Shown here: in pieces, positions 15,886-29,875 of the stretch
Numbering within the stretch: the first letter of the stretch is position 1
Layout of the letters: every line of letters begins with the position of its first letter
Assembly: GCF_009914755.1 (NCBI RefSeq)
Contig: NC_060932.1
Length of the DNA stretch: 64,000 nucleotides
DNA from: the human T2T-CHM13v2.0 reference genome, Homo sapiens
Strand: one strand, 5' to 3'
Made by a program: the position numbers and the translations under genes
The notes under the pieces: model-generated
Database searches by the model: none
What the model saw: the letters and a program-made list of their open reading frames with translations, nothing else
Told to the model about the DNA's origin: nothing

Positions 15886-17180
15886 TACACAGAAAAGTTT
15901 TATAGTCCTTGTAACGTTCACGTTTTCTGTGTTGTTTTTCAAAAATCATATGGGAAATGCAAAATCCCAATTGGAACACAGTGCATTTTAGCTGCTGTTT
16001 CATTTGTTGCAAGGAATTTCCAAGCATATCTGGTCAACCCCAGAGATTTTGTTTCCACACAAAACAATCACGGAGCACAGAACGTTAGAGCCATAGAGTG
16101 GTTTTGTGGCAACAGCCAAAGCTTAGAAAGGTGGAGGCCACCATGCGATATTCCCATTGTGTGTTTTCTGTAATTTCAGATTATCTCAAATAGAAAGCAC
16201 GCAGCCCTTAAAAAAATAAAGCTCAGGAAAAATCTCATTTGCTAAATGTGGCTTTTTACATTTTAATTTGGAACTAGTTGCAGGACTGGAATTGCATTCT
16301 GCCAGCGTCGGTCCCTGGTCAGCCAGTCCTCTGCCAGCTGGTGTCTGTCTTCTGGCCCTTGGCATGCACACAGCACAGTTCTGGCCACTGAGAAGGGGAG
16401 GGCTTGCAGCTGAGTGCGTTTGCCTTTGCAAGTGAAGGCAAGCCTGGATTGAGGACACCTTCCCGCCCCTTCCTGCCTCCTTTTTCCTTGAAATACAGTC
16501 CCGATGCCTATAGGGGCACCTGCCGTTGGCACCATGAGGGGCAGGCATGAGGATCCACATCCACACTCAGGCATGGGAAGCAACGAGTGGCACAGCCCTG
16601 GGCCACCAGCCTGGGGTCCCATCACGCAAGGAAAACACCGGCCTGACCGCAAAAGTGAAGGAAACGCCCCACCTGCCGTGTTCACCTTTACCCTTTCTCA
16701 CAGACGTTCCTAAACACACAGGATGAAGGTGTTAACCTGCTAACCATGTTAACCACGTGAATGATAGAAAGCTCTCCCTAGGAGACACTTACGGTTTGCA
16801 ACTGTGGACTTTTAAAAATCATCTTGGCTGGGAGGGGAGACAGAGTGGAGGGGCTGGACTCGCCGCCTGCATCTCAGATGCTGCAGCTTCAAAAGGAGGC
16901 TTCCTGGTTTAAAGGAAGTTGCTCTGTTCCGTTTTATTTTTGTTTTTAGCTTCTTATTTTGAACTAATTTCAAACTTACAGAAATTTGAGGGGGAAAAAA
17001 GAACAAATCTTCCATATACTCTTTATCCCTATTTATCTATTTTTAACTTTTTGCCACGTTTGTCATAGCAGTGTCTCTTCCCTTTCCCACTGTCTCTGTC
17101 CCTCTCCTTGCCTCTTCCTCTTTCTTTCTTTCCCCTACGTTACTTTATATCCCTTACCCCTTAATACTTTCGTGTTTATT

Positions 17181-17470
<290 letters not shown>

Positions 17471-18356
17471 ATTCAATGTTTATTTCCTAAGAATAATGAT
17501 ATTCTCTTATGTAACCACATAAGCTATCAATTCAAGAAATGTAACATGGAGCCAGTACCTTTTATCTCATCTACCGTTTTCATTCCAACTTTGACGGTTT
17601 CTTTCCTATCCTTTTTTTTCTTGGTCCAGGACGGAGTACCAGATCACATGCTCTGTTTAGTAATCATATCTCTTTATTCTTCTTTAACCTGCTGCAGTTC
17701 TTCAGCCTGTCTTTGTCTTTAACAGCAGTGATATTTCTGAACAAATACCAGCTGGTTATATTAAAGAATGCCCTCAATTTGGTTTGGTCTGGTATTTTGT
17801 CAGGATGGAATTCGAGTTATATATTTCTGGCTGGAGTGCTCTGTAAACGGTGTCCTTGAGATATCAAACACAGAGACGTCTGTCAGCTTGCCCTGATTGG
17901 CAATGTTAATTTTGGTCCCTGATAAGGTGGTTCCTCCTCTGAACAGTCACTGATTTTCCTCGTCCTTGGGTATATTGCGGGAGATCTGCTGAGGCTGAGA
18001 ACGCCCTGTCTGCACATAAAGCTGCCTCCTGCCCCAAGCTGGCCTCACTGGCACCAAGTCACGTTTGCACTCAGTTGGGTCAACCTTCACGGTGATGGCT
18101 CAATATTGCTAATTTTCCAACTCCGTCACTTCTTACTGCATTCTATAAAGAAGGGCTACTTTCTTCCCAGTGTTTGTTTATTATCCCTGTGGGTTCTTGG
18201 ATTCTCTGTTTGGCAACGGTATTCTATTTATAGTGGGTTATAATTGATTGTTGTTGTGATGTTGCTGCTCCCGTTGTTCCAGGTTTGCTGTGGGGGTCTC
18301 TTCAGGCTGTTGAATCGTCCTTCTTTGTACCAGTCCTTGTTTTGAGCACATCCTTA

Positions 18357-18772
18357 TTTTCTTTTTTCTTTTTTTTTTTTACATGTCTGCATTTCTTTTT
18401 ATTATTATTATTATTTTTATTTTACTTTAAGTTCGAGGGTACATGCGCACAATGTGCAGGTTTGTTACATATGCATGTGCCATGTTGGTGTGCTGCACCC
18501 ATTAACTCGTCATTTACATTCGGTATATCTCCCAATGCTATCCCTCCCCCTCCCCCCACCCCACGACACGCCCCGGTGTGTGATGTTCCCCTTTCTGTGT
18601 CCAAGTCTTCTCATTGTTCAATTCCCACCTATGAGTGAGAACAATGCGGTGTTTGGTTTTCTATCCTTGTGATAGTTTTATCAGAATGATGGTTTCCAAC
18701 TTCATCCATGTCCCTGCAAAGGACACGAACTCATCCTTTTTTATGGCTGCATAGTATTCCGTGGTGTATATG
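18357..18772 (-). mobile_element. 5'-truncated L1PA 3' end with poly(A) tail and TSD
   Basis: TACTTTAAGTT...GGGTACATG.GCACAATGTGCAGGTTTGTTACATA is the L1PA 3' UTR; TSD GAGCAC(A/G)TCCTT at 18344 and 18773. Confidence 0.92.
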
Positions 18773-18785
18773 GAGCACGTCCTTC

Positions 18786-19090
18786 TTTCTTTTCTTTTCT
18801 TTCTTGCTTTTTTTTTTTTTGTGACAGAGTCTCACTCTGTTGCCAGGCTGGAGTGCAGTGGCGGCTCACTGCAACCTCTGCCTCCTGGGTTCAAGCGATT
18901 CTCCTGCCTCAGCTTTCCAAGTAGCTGGGACTACAGTCATGTGCCACCATGTCTGGGTAATTTTTGTATTTTTAGTGCAGATGGAGTTTCACTTTGTTGG
19001 CCAGGATGGTCTCGATCTCTTGACCTTGTGATCCGCCTGCGTCGCCCTCCCAAAGTGCTGGGATTGAAGGCGTGAGCCACGCACCTGGCC
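18786..19090 (-). mobile_element. AluS (Sc-like)
   Basis: Alu consensus; TSD ACGTCCTT. Confidence 0.9.
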
Positions 19091-19754
19091 ACGTCCTTAT
19101 TTTGTATGCAGCAGACACGCGCCTTCTCTGCCGTGTGGTTGGATCCAGCCCTTTCTCTGAGAATTCTGGTTCTTTTTAGTGAGGAATGGAATTTAGAAGT
19201 TAAGATGTGGGTGGGAGATGTGCTCATTGCTCATGGGCCATCAGAACCTCCACACCCTTCTACCTCTGCTGCAACCCAGCCCCACGGCACTTCCTTGCCT
19301 GCCTCATTCCTGTGCATCCCGTCTTGCATGGTGACGACCCCGGCTCACAACAGCAGAGACAGCATCACGCATGGCTCAAACACGCTGTAACACAGAGCAG
19401 GTTTGGAATGGCTCCACCCACAGGGCCACAAGAAACAAACCCATGGAGAGTTCCAGATCTGTTTGCAGCTTTTTTCTTTAGTCTGAGGGTATGCAGTCAA
19501 AGTGCTGTCTCCAAAAATTACTTAAATTTGTTTTGTCCCGACTCCCCTTCAGATGATGGCTAATCATTTGACAGACACTTGGGTTCCTTTGTTGGCATTC
19601 TGTTGTAGCATTTTCCCCGATTCTTGATAATTTTATTATTTGAATATGTAAAATGTCATGATTCCAAAAGTTAAAACTATTCAAAAAGCTGTGCCCAGAG
19701 AAATGTCTTCTCCTCTCTATTTCTCCTGCCCTGTTTTCTCCAAAAGGAACCAGT

Positions 19755-20950
19755 TCGTTTATTTTAACAGCTTTCCTGAACTATAATTCATATACCATAA
19801 AATTCACCCGTTTAAAGTGTATTTAGTGTTTTTTAGTATTCATGGAATTGTGAAACCACCGCAATCAATTTTAGAACATTTTTATCACCTAAAAAAAAAA
19901 AAAAAAGTATTTGTCCCCATTAGTAGCTATTACCCATTTCCCGCCCCCCGACCCTCACTCCCGCCCCCCCTCCCCCCGCCCCGCCCCAGTCCTCCTCCCT
20001 GACCTTAGGCAACTGCTATCTTTTTGTCTCTATGGATTTGCCCATTCTGGACATTTCCTATAAGGGGAATCATACAATACATAGCCTTGTGCAGCTGGCT
20101 TCTCTCACACAGCACCATGTTTTCAAGGTTCATCCGTGTTGTAGCGTGTACCAGTTCTTTATTCCCTTTTATTGCCAAATCATACCCCATCGTATGGATT
20201 GACCACATTTTATGTAGCTGTCCATCAGTTGATGGCCATTTGCGTCATCTGCCCTTTTTGGCTGTTATGAACAGTTCTGGGATGAACATCATGTGCATGT
20301 TTTTGTGGGGACATAGGCGTCCCCTCTCTTATGTATTCCGCTAGGAATGGAACTGCTGGGTCCCACTGCTGGTTAGATGCTGAGGAACTGCCAGACCGTT
20401 TCACGAAGCACCTGCACTCTTGGCTGCTTTACGCTCCCTTCAGTGCGTGAGGGTTCCGGGCTCGGCACATCCTCAGCAGCCCTTGTTACTGCCCATCTGC
20501 GTCGCGACCGCCATGCTAGTGGGTGCGCGGTGGTGCCTGAGTGTGGCTTGCTTCCCATTTCCCTGATGGCTGATGACGCTGAGTGACCTCACTGGCACCT
20601 GGCCCCTTCGTGTGTCTTCCTGAGAGCAACGCCTCTTCACATCCGGTGTCCTTTTGGCCTGGTAGGGTAATTCTTTGATCGTGGAGTTGGAAGAGTTCTG
20701 GATCTATTCTGTATGCACACCACTTATGAGACACCTGGTCTGCACAGACCTCTTTGCACTCTGGGGCTTGTCTTCTCACTCTCTTGATGTTTCTAGAAGT
20801 TTCTATGTTTCTTTTGTTGTTTGTGGTTTTCGGATCATATCACAAAAGGCTTTGCCTAACCTGAGACTGCAAAGATTGACACTCATAGTTTTTTCTGAGA
20901 GTTTTCTAGTTTTACCTTTTACATTTAGGTCTTTGATCCCTTTCTAGTTT
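19755..20950 (-). mobile_element. Old L1M (MA/MB-type) 3' region
   Basis: ATAATTCA.ATACCATAAAATTCACC.TTTAAAGTGTA...TATGGATTTGCCCATTCTGGACATTTC motifs. Confidence 0.75.
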
Positions 20951-21910
20951 ATTTTTCTACTTAGATTAGTTAACCTGTTCTAGGCCGTCTTACACATGAA
21001 ATCATGCAGGATTTTTTTTACAGAAATCCTTCTTGTTACAATTTCAGCATTTATATTTTTGAAAAACATATGTCTTTCATCTATATTTCCTAACTAATGT
21101 AACATTTTTTAAAAAGTACTTTTTTATGTTAGCAAATCTCTCTATATCTGTAGGGTCTTTTGTTCTATATTTTGTTGATTTGTATCTTACTTGCTTGTTT
21201 TTTGGTTTGATTGGTCTTTTTCAAGCTCTACTTTATTAATCTTTCTAAGAAGTAGTGGTTTTTTTGGCTAATCTTTTTGATAAGTTTTTATTTGTTTCTG
21301 TCCTTATATTCATTATTTCCTTTCTTCTTGTTGTTTTCAATGTATTCAGTGTTTCTATTCAGTTTTCAGATTTTTGTATTGAATATTTTGTTTTATTTTG
21401 AAGTTTTCTTGCTTCCTGTAAATACATTAGAAATTATAAAATTTCTTTTAAGTGCTAATTTAACATTGTTTCACAAAGTGTGACATTTTTGTTTTTATTT
21501 TCATTTGGTTCTAAATATTTTGTAACCCTCTTCTGGTTTACTTTTAAACCCAAGGGATATTTAGTAATGTCATTTCCTTTCCAAAAATGTGGTATTTTAA
21601 AACTTCTATCCTTTTGTTATTTATTTCAAAATTTATTTTACTATTACATTAGAACACACTTTGTTGCTTTAGAGTTTATTGTGTTTCTTTCTTGCTAAAT
21701 ACATTTTTCATGATATATGATCAAATTGTGTAAACATTCTATGCATTTTTAAAAGTATAGTCTCCATCGGATGCAGAGTTCTATGTAAATATAATAATTT
21801 AGAATTTGTATGTTTCAAATCTTTGATGTCTGCTATTTTATATGTTTTAAGAAATATCTAGTATAATTGCCAACTTATGTTTTTCTCTGTAGAGTTGTGT
21901 CAGTTTTTGC

Positions 21911-22203
<293 letters not shown>

Positions 22204-22624
22204 AGTTTTTGCTTTTTTAAAGAAACATGCTTAAGTACACATGTGATCATGATGGTTGCATCTTGTTCATCTGTTTCCTCTTTCAGGTGTGTAACAGCAT
22301 GCTGTTCGCTGATTGCTTTGGACTTGGCAGATAGCAGGGCTACTATCTAGTTTTATATTGATTCCAATTTGCCTAGTACTTCTTTTTCTATTTATTTTAA
22401 ACTTTTTAGTATCCTTTACTTTTAAATATGCTTCTCTTGGAAAACTGTTGATTCTTTCTTTATAAATCCAAGCTTCGTATTGGTGTTTTAGCTCATTAAG
22501 TTGATTGTGTCTGGTTGCAGCAGGACTTTATTTCTGCCTCCTTCATTCATAATTGGCTTTTACATTCATTTCTTTTTCCCTAAGTTTCTCCTATCGATTT
22601 TAATGGTGGTTACCTTTAGTTTAA

Positions 22625-23068
<444 letters not shown>

Positions 23069-23311
23069 TGCTCCTGGCTTTTTTAGATAACAATAGACTA
23101 CTAAAATCTATTTGATCTAAAGTTTTTTATACCCATAGTTCCTATCAACATCCTCCTGGATTTATTTATCTTCTAATTTCCTTGAAGAACGTTTTCAAAG
23201 TGAGTTTTGGAAAAGTGGATCTTCTGAGGCCTTTTATATTGGAAGATAATTTGGTATGTGCTTATACTTCAGTGACAGTTGAGCTGGCTATAAAATTCTA
23301 TGTCAAATTCC

Positions 23312-23652
23312 TTTTTTTATGTTTTATTTTATTTTATTTTATTTTATTTTATTTATTTATTTATTTTTTAGACAGAGTCTTGCTCTGTCTCCCAGGCTGG
23401 AGTGCAGTGGCATGATCTTGGCTCAGCTCACTGCAACCTCCAACTCCCTGGTTCAAGGGATTCTCCTGCCTCAGCCTGTCTAGTAGCTGGAATTACAGGC
23501 ATGCGCTGCCATGCCCAGCTAATTTTTGTATTTTTAGTAGAGACGGTGTTTCACCATGTTGTCCAGGATGATCTCCATCTCCTGACCTCATGATCCACCT
23601 GCCTCGGCCTCCCAAAGTGCTGGGATTACAGGTGTGAGCCACTGCACCTGGC
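23312..23652 (-). mobile_element. AluS
   Basis: Alu consensus; TSD TTCTATGTCAAATT. Confidence 0.9.
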
Positions 23653-24240
23653 TTCTATGTCAAATTATTTTCCTTGAGGGCTTTAAAAATATTACTCCAG
23701 TGTCTTCTGGCACCCATTGTGGCCTCTGGAAACTCTGAAATGAAACTTACTCTTTTGTCAGTGATCTGCTCTTCTTCATAGAAACTTTTGGAATTTTCTT
23801 TGATATTCTTGAGTTTCACTGTCAATTATGGGTAAGTTTCCCATCCATCCTATTAGACACTCTCTAAGCCCTTTCAACTTGAGAGCTTTCATCTTTAATT
23901 TTTCTGATTTTACCTTTGAATATTTTTTTCTCCATTTTTATTTTTCTCTGTTCCTGGAACTCCATTATCTGTACATTTCCACTTCTTTAATTACCTTACT
24001 TACCTTTAACCATTCTTTCATACATTCTCTCTTTTCCTATTGCCTTTGGGGTGAGTTGCCTCTAGCCTGCTCATCTGGCTTTGGCTGCATTTGGCCTCAT
24101 CATGTTCCTTATTTCAATTATTTCATTGGATGCTAGACATTCCTTCTTCCCTGCTTTATGTCTCTGGTGTCTGCCTTTATCTCTTTGAATATGTTTATTT
24201 GTATAAATTCTTGGTGCATCTGTTTTAAAACTTTGAACAG

Positions 24241-24529
<289 letters not shown>

Positions 24530-26583
24530 TCAGCTCAACTTGTTCTTGTTCAGGGGTTGCAGTCCTTGGGTAAATAAAATAAATAAATAAATAAACTTTA
24601 AACAGTATCCTCAGCTCAACTCGTTTCTTGTTCAGGGGTTGCAGTCCTTGGGTGTTAGCTCTTTGGAGTGGGTGTGTTCCCCCTGGGGTATAAGACACTG
24701 GTCGGAAGATCCCAGGTGAGGTCTTCCCCAGAACTGGGGTTGGGAAGGGAAAGAGTCTGGGCTAACCACTCCATTAGCTGCAGCCCTACCGCCAGCACCT
24801 GGGGGCAGGGAGTTACAGTCAAACTCTTAAAAAACAAATAGCCGAAAGTGCAGTGAGGTTAAGCATCCCCTGAGGACTGGACGAGCAGACCTGCCTGCTT
24901 TGCAGAAGACGGGGAGGGGAAGGAGAGCAGGGCCATCTCCTGCCCAGCCCCGAGCCTCCCTGATAGTCCTCCCACCCACCCAGCTCCGGATGATGCTCCC
25001 ACTCACAAGATTGCTGCTTTTTCCATAGACCGGTAGGAACTCCAGGCCTTTTCTCCAGCTGTCCCTGAATTCTCCTTGTTTCCTTCCTTCCTAACTTCCT
25101 CCATCCAAGGCTGGAGGCCCCAGTTTGGAAATCAGGACCCACGTCCCCCTCCACACCTTCCTATTTGTGTAGTTCTGTTTCGAGTCTGGACTCAGTAAAT
25201 CTCTCTGTCCTCCTGGACCAGGTGTTGGCGCACTGGGGCTGCCGTGGAAACTGCCCTGGATGTTTCCCAGTCATTACAGATCCCAAGACACTCCTAGGTC
25301 CCAGATCCCCAGATCTGGAGGAAAGGGGCCCCTTCTGCCAGGCTTCCTCCCTGGGTCACAAACTCACATCTGCCTGGACTCCCACTGCTGTCTCTCTCTT
25401 TCTCTCTCTCTCCCCTCTTTTTAACTGTCCACTAGGTTTTATGGATAACTCCTGAGAGAATGTCCCAGTCTGCTTACCATCACATTGATCCCGCCCACCA
25501 GCATTGAGGCTCTGCACTGTCTCCCCTCCCTTGCCTGTCCAAAGCCCCTTCCACCCGGGACCGTCGCCCCTTTACACTCAGGGGTACTGGTCCATCTATG
25601 CCATGCTGAGAGCTGCTGCCATGAAAAGACCCCTGGATCTCACCCCCTCCAGCAGCTACCTCTTCTCTTTCTAGAGAAACCACCTAGAAGGACTTCCTAC
25701 ACACACCAGCCCCACCTCCTCTTTCCTGTTGTCTCTTAGGCCCAAGGCCCACCACAGTGCCCTTTGCCCCCCACAGTCACCCCTGCCAGGGCACCGGCGG
25801 CCAGCACTTGCTCCACCAACCCTTCCTCCAGAAGAGCTTTTTTGGGAGGGATCCTGGAGCCCGATCCTGGTCCCCCTCCCATCATCCTAACCTCCTCCTG
25901 TCTTTCTTCTCCATCTGTAGGATCTTCCCAGGCAAAGTCACCTGTAAATCACATCCATACCCAAGAAGCTCCCAAAATCTCACTTCCAGCCCAGACCTGA
26001 ATACTGGGTCAGCTGACACCTTATCTGGAGCATCACACACTTTCTACAGCCTCAGGCCACCCACACCAGGGCTTTGCTTTCCCCCACAAGGTGCTCTTCT
26101 TCCTGTTACCTCCATCTCGGTACAGGGGGCTGCTCTCCTTCCAGGTGTTGCAGTCAAAACTCTTGGGATTTTTCTTGATTCCTCTTTCTCTTCAAACCCA
26201 CTTCCCATCCCGAGGCCCGTCCTGTTGACCTAGCCTGTTCATAATAAAGCCCTGCGCCCTTTCCTCCTCCTCTAGTGGTTGGATGAGTGTTCGTGTACCA
26301 GTCACTAATTTGATCCCAGAGTCTCCACTAGAGACAGGAGATGCCTCTGCACACACTGACACACACCGAGTGTCACAGCAATTCCACTGGTGGGAGACAG
26401 ACACCCCGGAGCATTTCAACAATCGCTTTTCTCTGTTGAAGTTTTCTTCTGCCCCATTCACTGTCTCCTCTGACCACACAATTTGGTTTTGCCTCTTTCT
26501 CCATGTCGAAGGCTTCCTTGTGTCTGGTGGTCTTCGACTATTTATTTCTCAGCATGAGGCACTGAGAAAGGATGTGGAACCCC

Positions 26584-26585
<2 letters not shown>

Positions 26586-26616
<31 letters not shown>
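26586..26616. repeat. (TG)n microsatellite
   Basis: Directly visible. Confidence 0.95.
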
Positions 26617-26618
<2 letters not shown>

Positions 26619-26745
26619 TGTGGCATAAGGAGGTTTGCCTGTGGGACCGGGGATAACCAGGGAGGCGCGTGGGTCTCATACTGAGGAACTCTTGAATCAC
26701 GCAGATTTTTCTCATGGGTGTGTTTCCCTGAAAGGAATTCTGGGG

Positions 26746-26887
26746 TCCCTGGGGTGCGGGGCGGAAGGATCTGTCATGCTGTCCCCTGGGGTGCGATCGG
26801 AAGGATCTGTCATGCTGTCCCCTGGGGTGTGCGGCGAGAGGATCTGTCATGCTGTCCCCTGGGGTGCGGGGCGGAAGGATCTGTCAT
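26746..26887. repeat. 37-bp minisatellite, ~4 copies (CCCTGGGGTGCGGGGCGGAAGGATCTGTCATGCTGTC)
   Basis: Tandem units visible. Confidence 0.9.
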
Positions 26888-27261
26888 TCGACTGCCACAA
26901 CTCTTGGATCCAAGTAGGCAAAGGCCACTGTTCTTTCACTCCTCCTGCTTCCCATTGCTGCCTCAGGATCTCCATGACAGTGTCTTCTGGCCGATTCCTC
27001 CTGGGCCCTCCGAGCTGGGCTGGGGCTGCCACCTGCCCTCCTGGGTGTGGAGCAGGACCTGGTGATCCTGTGCCTCCTGCTTTCAGCCTCGCCTGATGTC
27101 CCCTTTCAGAGATGCCTGAAAGGCTCTCCCTGTAGCTCCGGTAGCCTCCTCTGGTTGGCCTCACCGGTGCCCATTCGTCCATCATCTGTCCATCTGCCTC
27201 CAGCCCTCAGACTTTGCCATGGCCCTCTGCCTTTCACTGTCTTGGCACTGGACCATTGTAT

Positions 27262-27563
27262 TCCTCCTCCTGCTCCTCCTTCTTCTTCTCCTCCTCCTCC
27301 TTCTTCTTCTTCTCCTCCTCCTCCTTCTTCTCCTCCTCCCCCTCCTCCCCCTCCCCCTCCCCCCTCCCCCTCCCCCCTCCCCATCCCCCTCCTCCTCCTC
27401 CCCCTCCTTCTCCTCCCCCTCCTCCTCCTCCTCCTCCAATTCTTCTTCTCCTTCTCCTTCTCCTTCTCCTTCTCCTTCTCCTTCTCCTTCTCCTTCTCCT
27501 TCTCCTTCTCCTTCTCCTTCTTCTTCTTCTCTTCTTCTTCTTCTTCTTCTTCTTCTTCTTCTT
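27262..27563. repeat. Polypyrimidine tract (TCC)n/(TTCTCC)n/(TTC)n
   Basis: ~300 nt almost purine-free on the + strand. Confidence 0.95.
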
Positions 27564-27564
27564 C

Positions 27565-27678
27565 GACAGGGTCTCACCATGTTGCCCAGGCTGGCCTTGA
27601 ATTCCTGGCCTTGAACAATCCTTTTGTCTCGGCCTCCCAAAGAGCTGGGATTACAGGCGTGAGCCACTACACCCGGCC
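27565..27678 (-). mobile_element. Alu left monomer (FLAM-like)
   Basis: Single Alu arm ending ...CCCGGCC. Confidence 0.8.
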
Positions 27679-29250
27679 ATGCCTTCTATCTTCTTTCTCT
27701 ACTTTCAACACTTAAATATTTTTAGCCAGGTTTCAGCAGGAAATGGATGGACATGAGGGCTCTGTCTGCCTGTTGGACCAGAAGCCCTTGCATCTGATCT
27801 AAACAAACCCCTTCTTGCCTTTGTTAGGGTTTCTGCTTGGTTTTATTCACAAAATTGACGTCTCAACTCTAATATTTATGTTCTTGTCACAGACAACTGT
27901 GATAGACTAATCAGTTACCTAATTGTCCTAAACCCAATCTTTTAATAAAATCTGGTTTCTTAGGACCTGGAGCGACAGGTTTGCGAGAAAGCTCCTGCCT
28001 GGATGAGGCCAAGAGCGTGGGAGTGAGTTCCAGGCTCCCAGAAGTGGGAAGTATTTTGGAAGTATTTTGGATTTAGGCGGTAAAGAATTCCCTATAAAAA
28101 TAGCTGAACAGATTGGCCTCATATCGCTGTGGGACTTTCTTGGAACATGAGGTGAGGTTATGGGTTGGCTTGCAAATAAAACCAAACACATTTCCCAATG
28201 AGGGAATGGGGCTGTGGTTAGGATGGGATCCGTGGGGGTTCTGGGGTGCTGGCAGGGCTCTGCTTGTGATCTGGTTACATAGCTATTTGCTTTATAATCA
28301 TTTACTAAATGTGTGATTTGTGAATTCTTCTGCATATGTTTTATTTCACAATAAAATGTCAACTTTTTTTTAACAACTAAGCAAAGTTAAGAACAATGCA
28401 GTGTAATTTCCTCGGAAATACGCTTTGACAGTTATTTAATTGGGCAAGTGGAAAATTACTTTTTATGAAGATGGTTTCTGCATATCATGAAAATGCCGTG
28501 TGCTGAACCATGCAGTAAGTGAAAGCATCTAGATAAGGGCAGCCATTTGTTCTTCCCGATAAGGCACTCTCTACTGTTTTCTCTGGAATCAAACTGGCAC
28601 GCCTGATGACTGGTGTTTTTATAAATCAGTGAGTATTTACATGTCTCAAACAGGCAAGTTTAAAACCACAAAGTCAGGGGCATGTTAAAAATTTGACTTC
28701 GGGTCTTAACGATCCACTGATCTTTTCATTTCTTCATTTTGGGTCCGGCTGCTTTGCATGAGGATGTTTTTCTCCCGTCTCTTATTGCCTGGCTTACAGG
28801 AGAGTTGGGTGATAGGAACACAAGGAGCAGAGAACGCACTGGCCTCTGACAGCCGCTCTGTGCAGATTCAGTCCTTCAGCCACCCGCAGGAATTGCCGCC
28901 GGAGTAGGACATGTCTTCTACCCTCTTGGAAGTGATGAAACCACCTTTCAGAAATTACAGCAGTGAGAAAACTATGACGTTGGAAGATACCTGATCTAAC
29001 CAACCCCCATCCTGCCTTTGACCTCCAAACTGTCTTTCATCACTCCTAGGCCTGGGCCAAACTAATTTTGGAAGATATTTATAGTTTAAACGATAATAGC
29101 CCTTCTCCCGAACTGAACTGCCTGTGTAAAGCTAATGAAAGGCCAGTAGGTTAGGAGGATGAGAGGAGCCTGGATTCTGCTAAAATATAGATGTAAACGA
29201 CGACCAGCCATTACTCTGGAGGTCACAAGATTTGCAGCTTCTGCAGATAA

Positions 29251-29318
29251 ACATCACTATTGTAGAACCTAAGATTGGCCGTTTGAGATGTCCTTTCAAG
29301 TTTTTGCATTTCTGATGT
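29251..29318 (+). ncRNA. MIR3674: pre-miR-3674 hairpin (mature 29259-29280), embedded in an LTR8A-like LTR
   Basis: Contains ATTGTAGAACCTAAGATTGGCC, recognised as mature miR-3674. Termini ACATCA.../...TGATGT are complementary. Position between CLN8 and ARHGEF10 fits. Confidence 0.85.
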
Positions 29319-29422
29319 CCGACTGATCCTGTGGCCCCACTCAGAAGTGGACTCCCTGGCCTGCTAAACAACCCTTGAAATACAGTAGCCTCCAAATTTT
29401 CAGGGAAATTGATTTAAGTAAT

Positions 29423-29875
29423 GGTCAGGCCTCTGAGCCCAAGCCAAGCCATCGCATCCCCTGTGACTTGCATGTATATGCCCAGATGGCCTGAAGTAAC
29501 TGAAGAATCACAAAAGAAGTGAATATGCCCTGCCCCACCTTAACTGATGACATTCCACCACAAAAGAAGTGTAAATGGCTGGTCCTTGCCTTAAGTGATG
29601 ACATTACTTTGTGAAAGTCCTTTTCCTGGCTCATCCTGGCTCAAAAAGCTCCCCCACTGAGCACCTTGCGACCCCCACTCCTGCCCGCCAGAGAACAAAC
29701 CCCCTTTGTCTGTAATTTTCCTTTACCTACGCAAATCCTATAAAACGGTCCCACCCTTATCTCCCTTCGCTGACTCTCTTTTCGGACTCAGCCCGCCTGC
29801 ACCCAGGTGAAATAAACGGCCATTTTGCTCACACAAAGCCTGTTTGGTGGTCTCTTCACACGGACGCGCATGAAA
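29423..29875 (+). mobile_element. LTR7 (HERV-H) solo LTR, near full length
   Basis: GTCAGGCCTCTGAGCCCAAGCCAAGCCATCGC...CACGGACGCGCATGAAA; TATAAAA at 29739; AATAAA at 29811; 5-bp TSD GTAAT/GGAAT. Confidence 0.93.

Noticed and set aside
29425-29634. 69-aa antisense ORF MSQEKDFHKV...
   Set aside because: Lies wholly within LTR7, so it is repeat-derived
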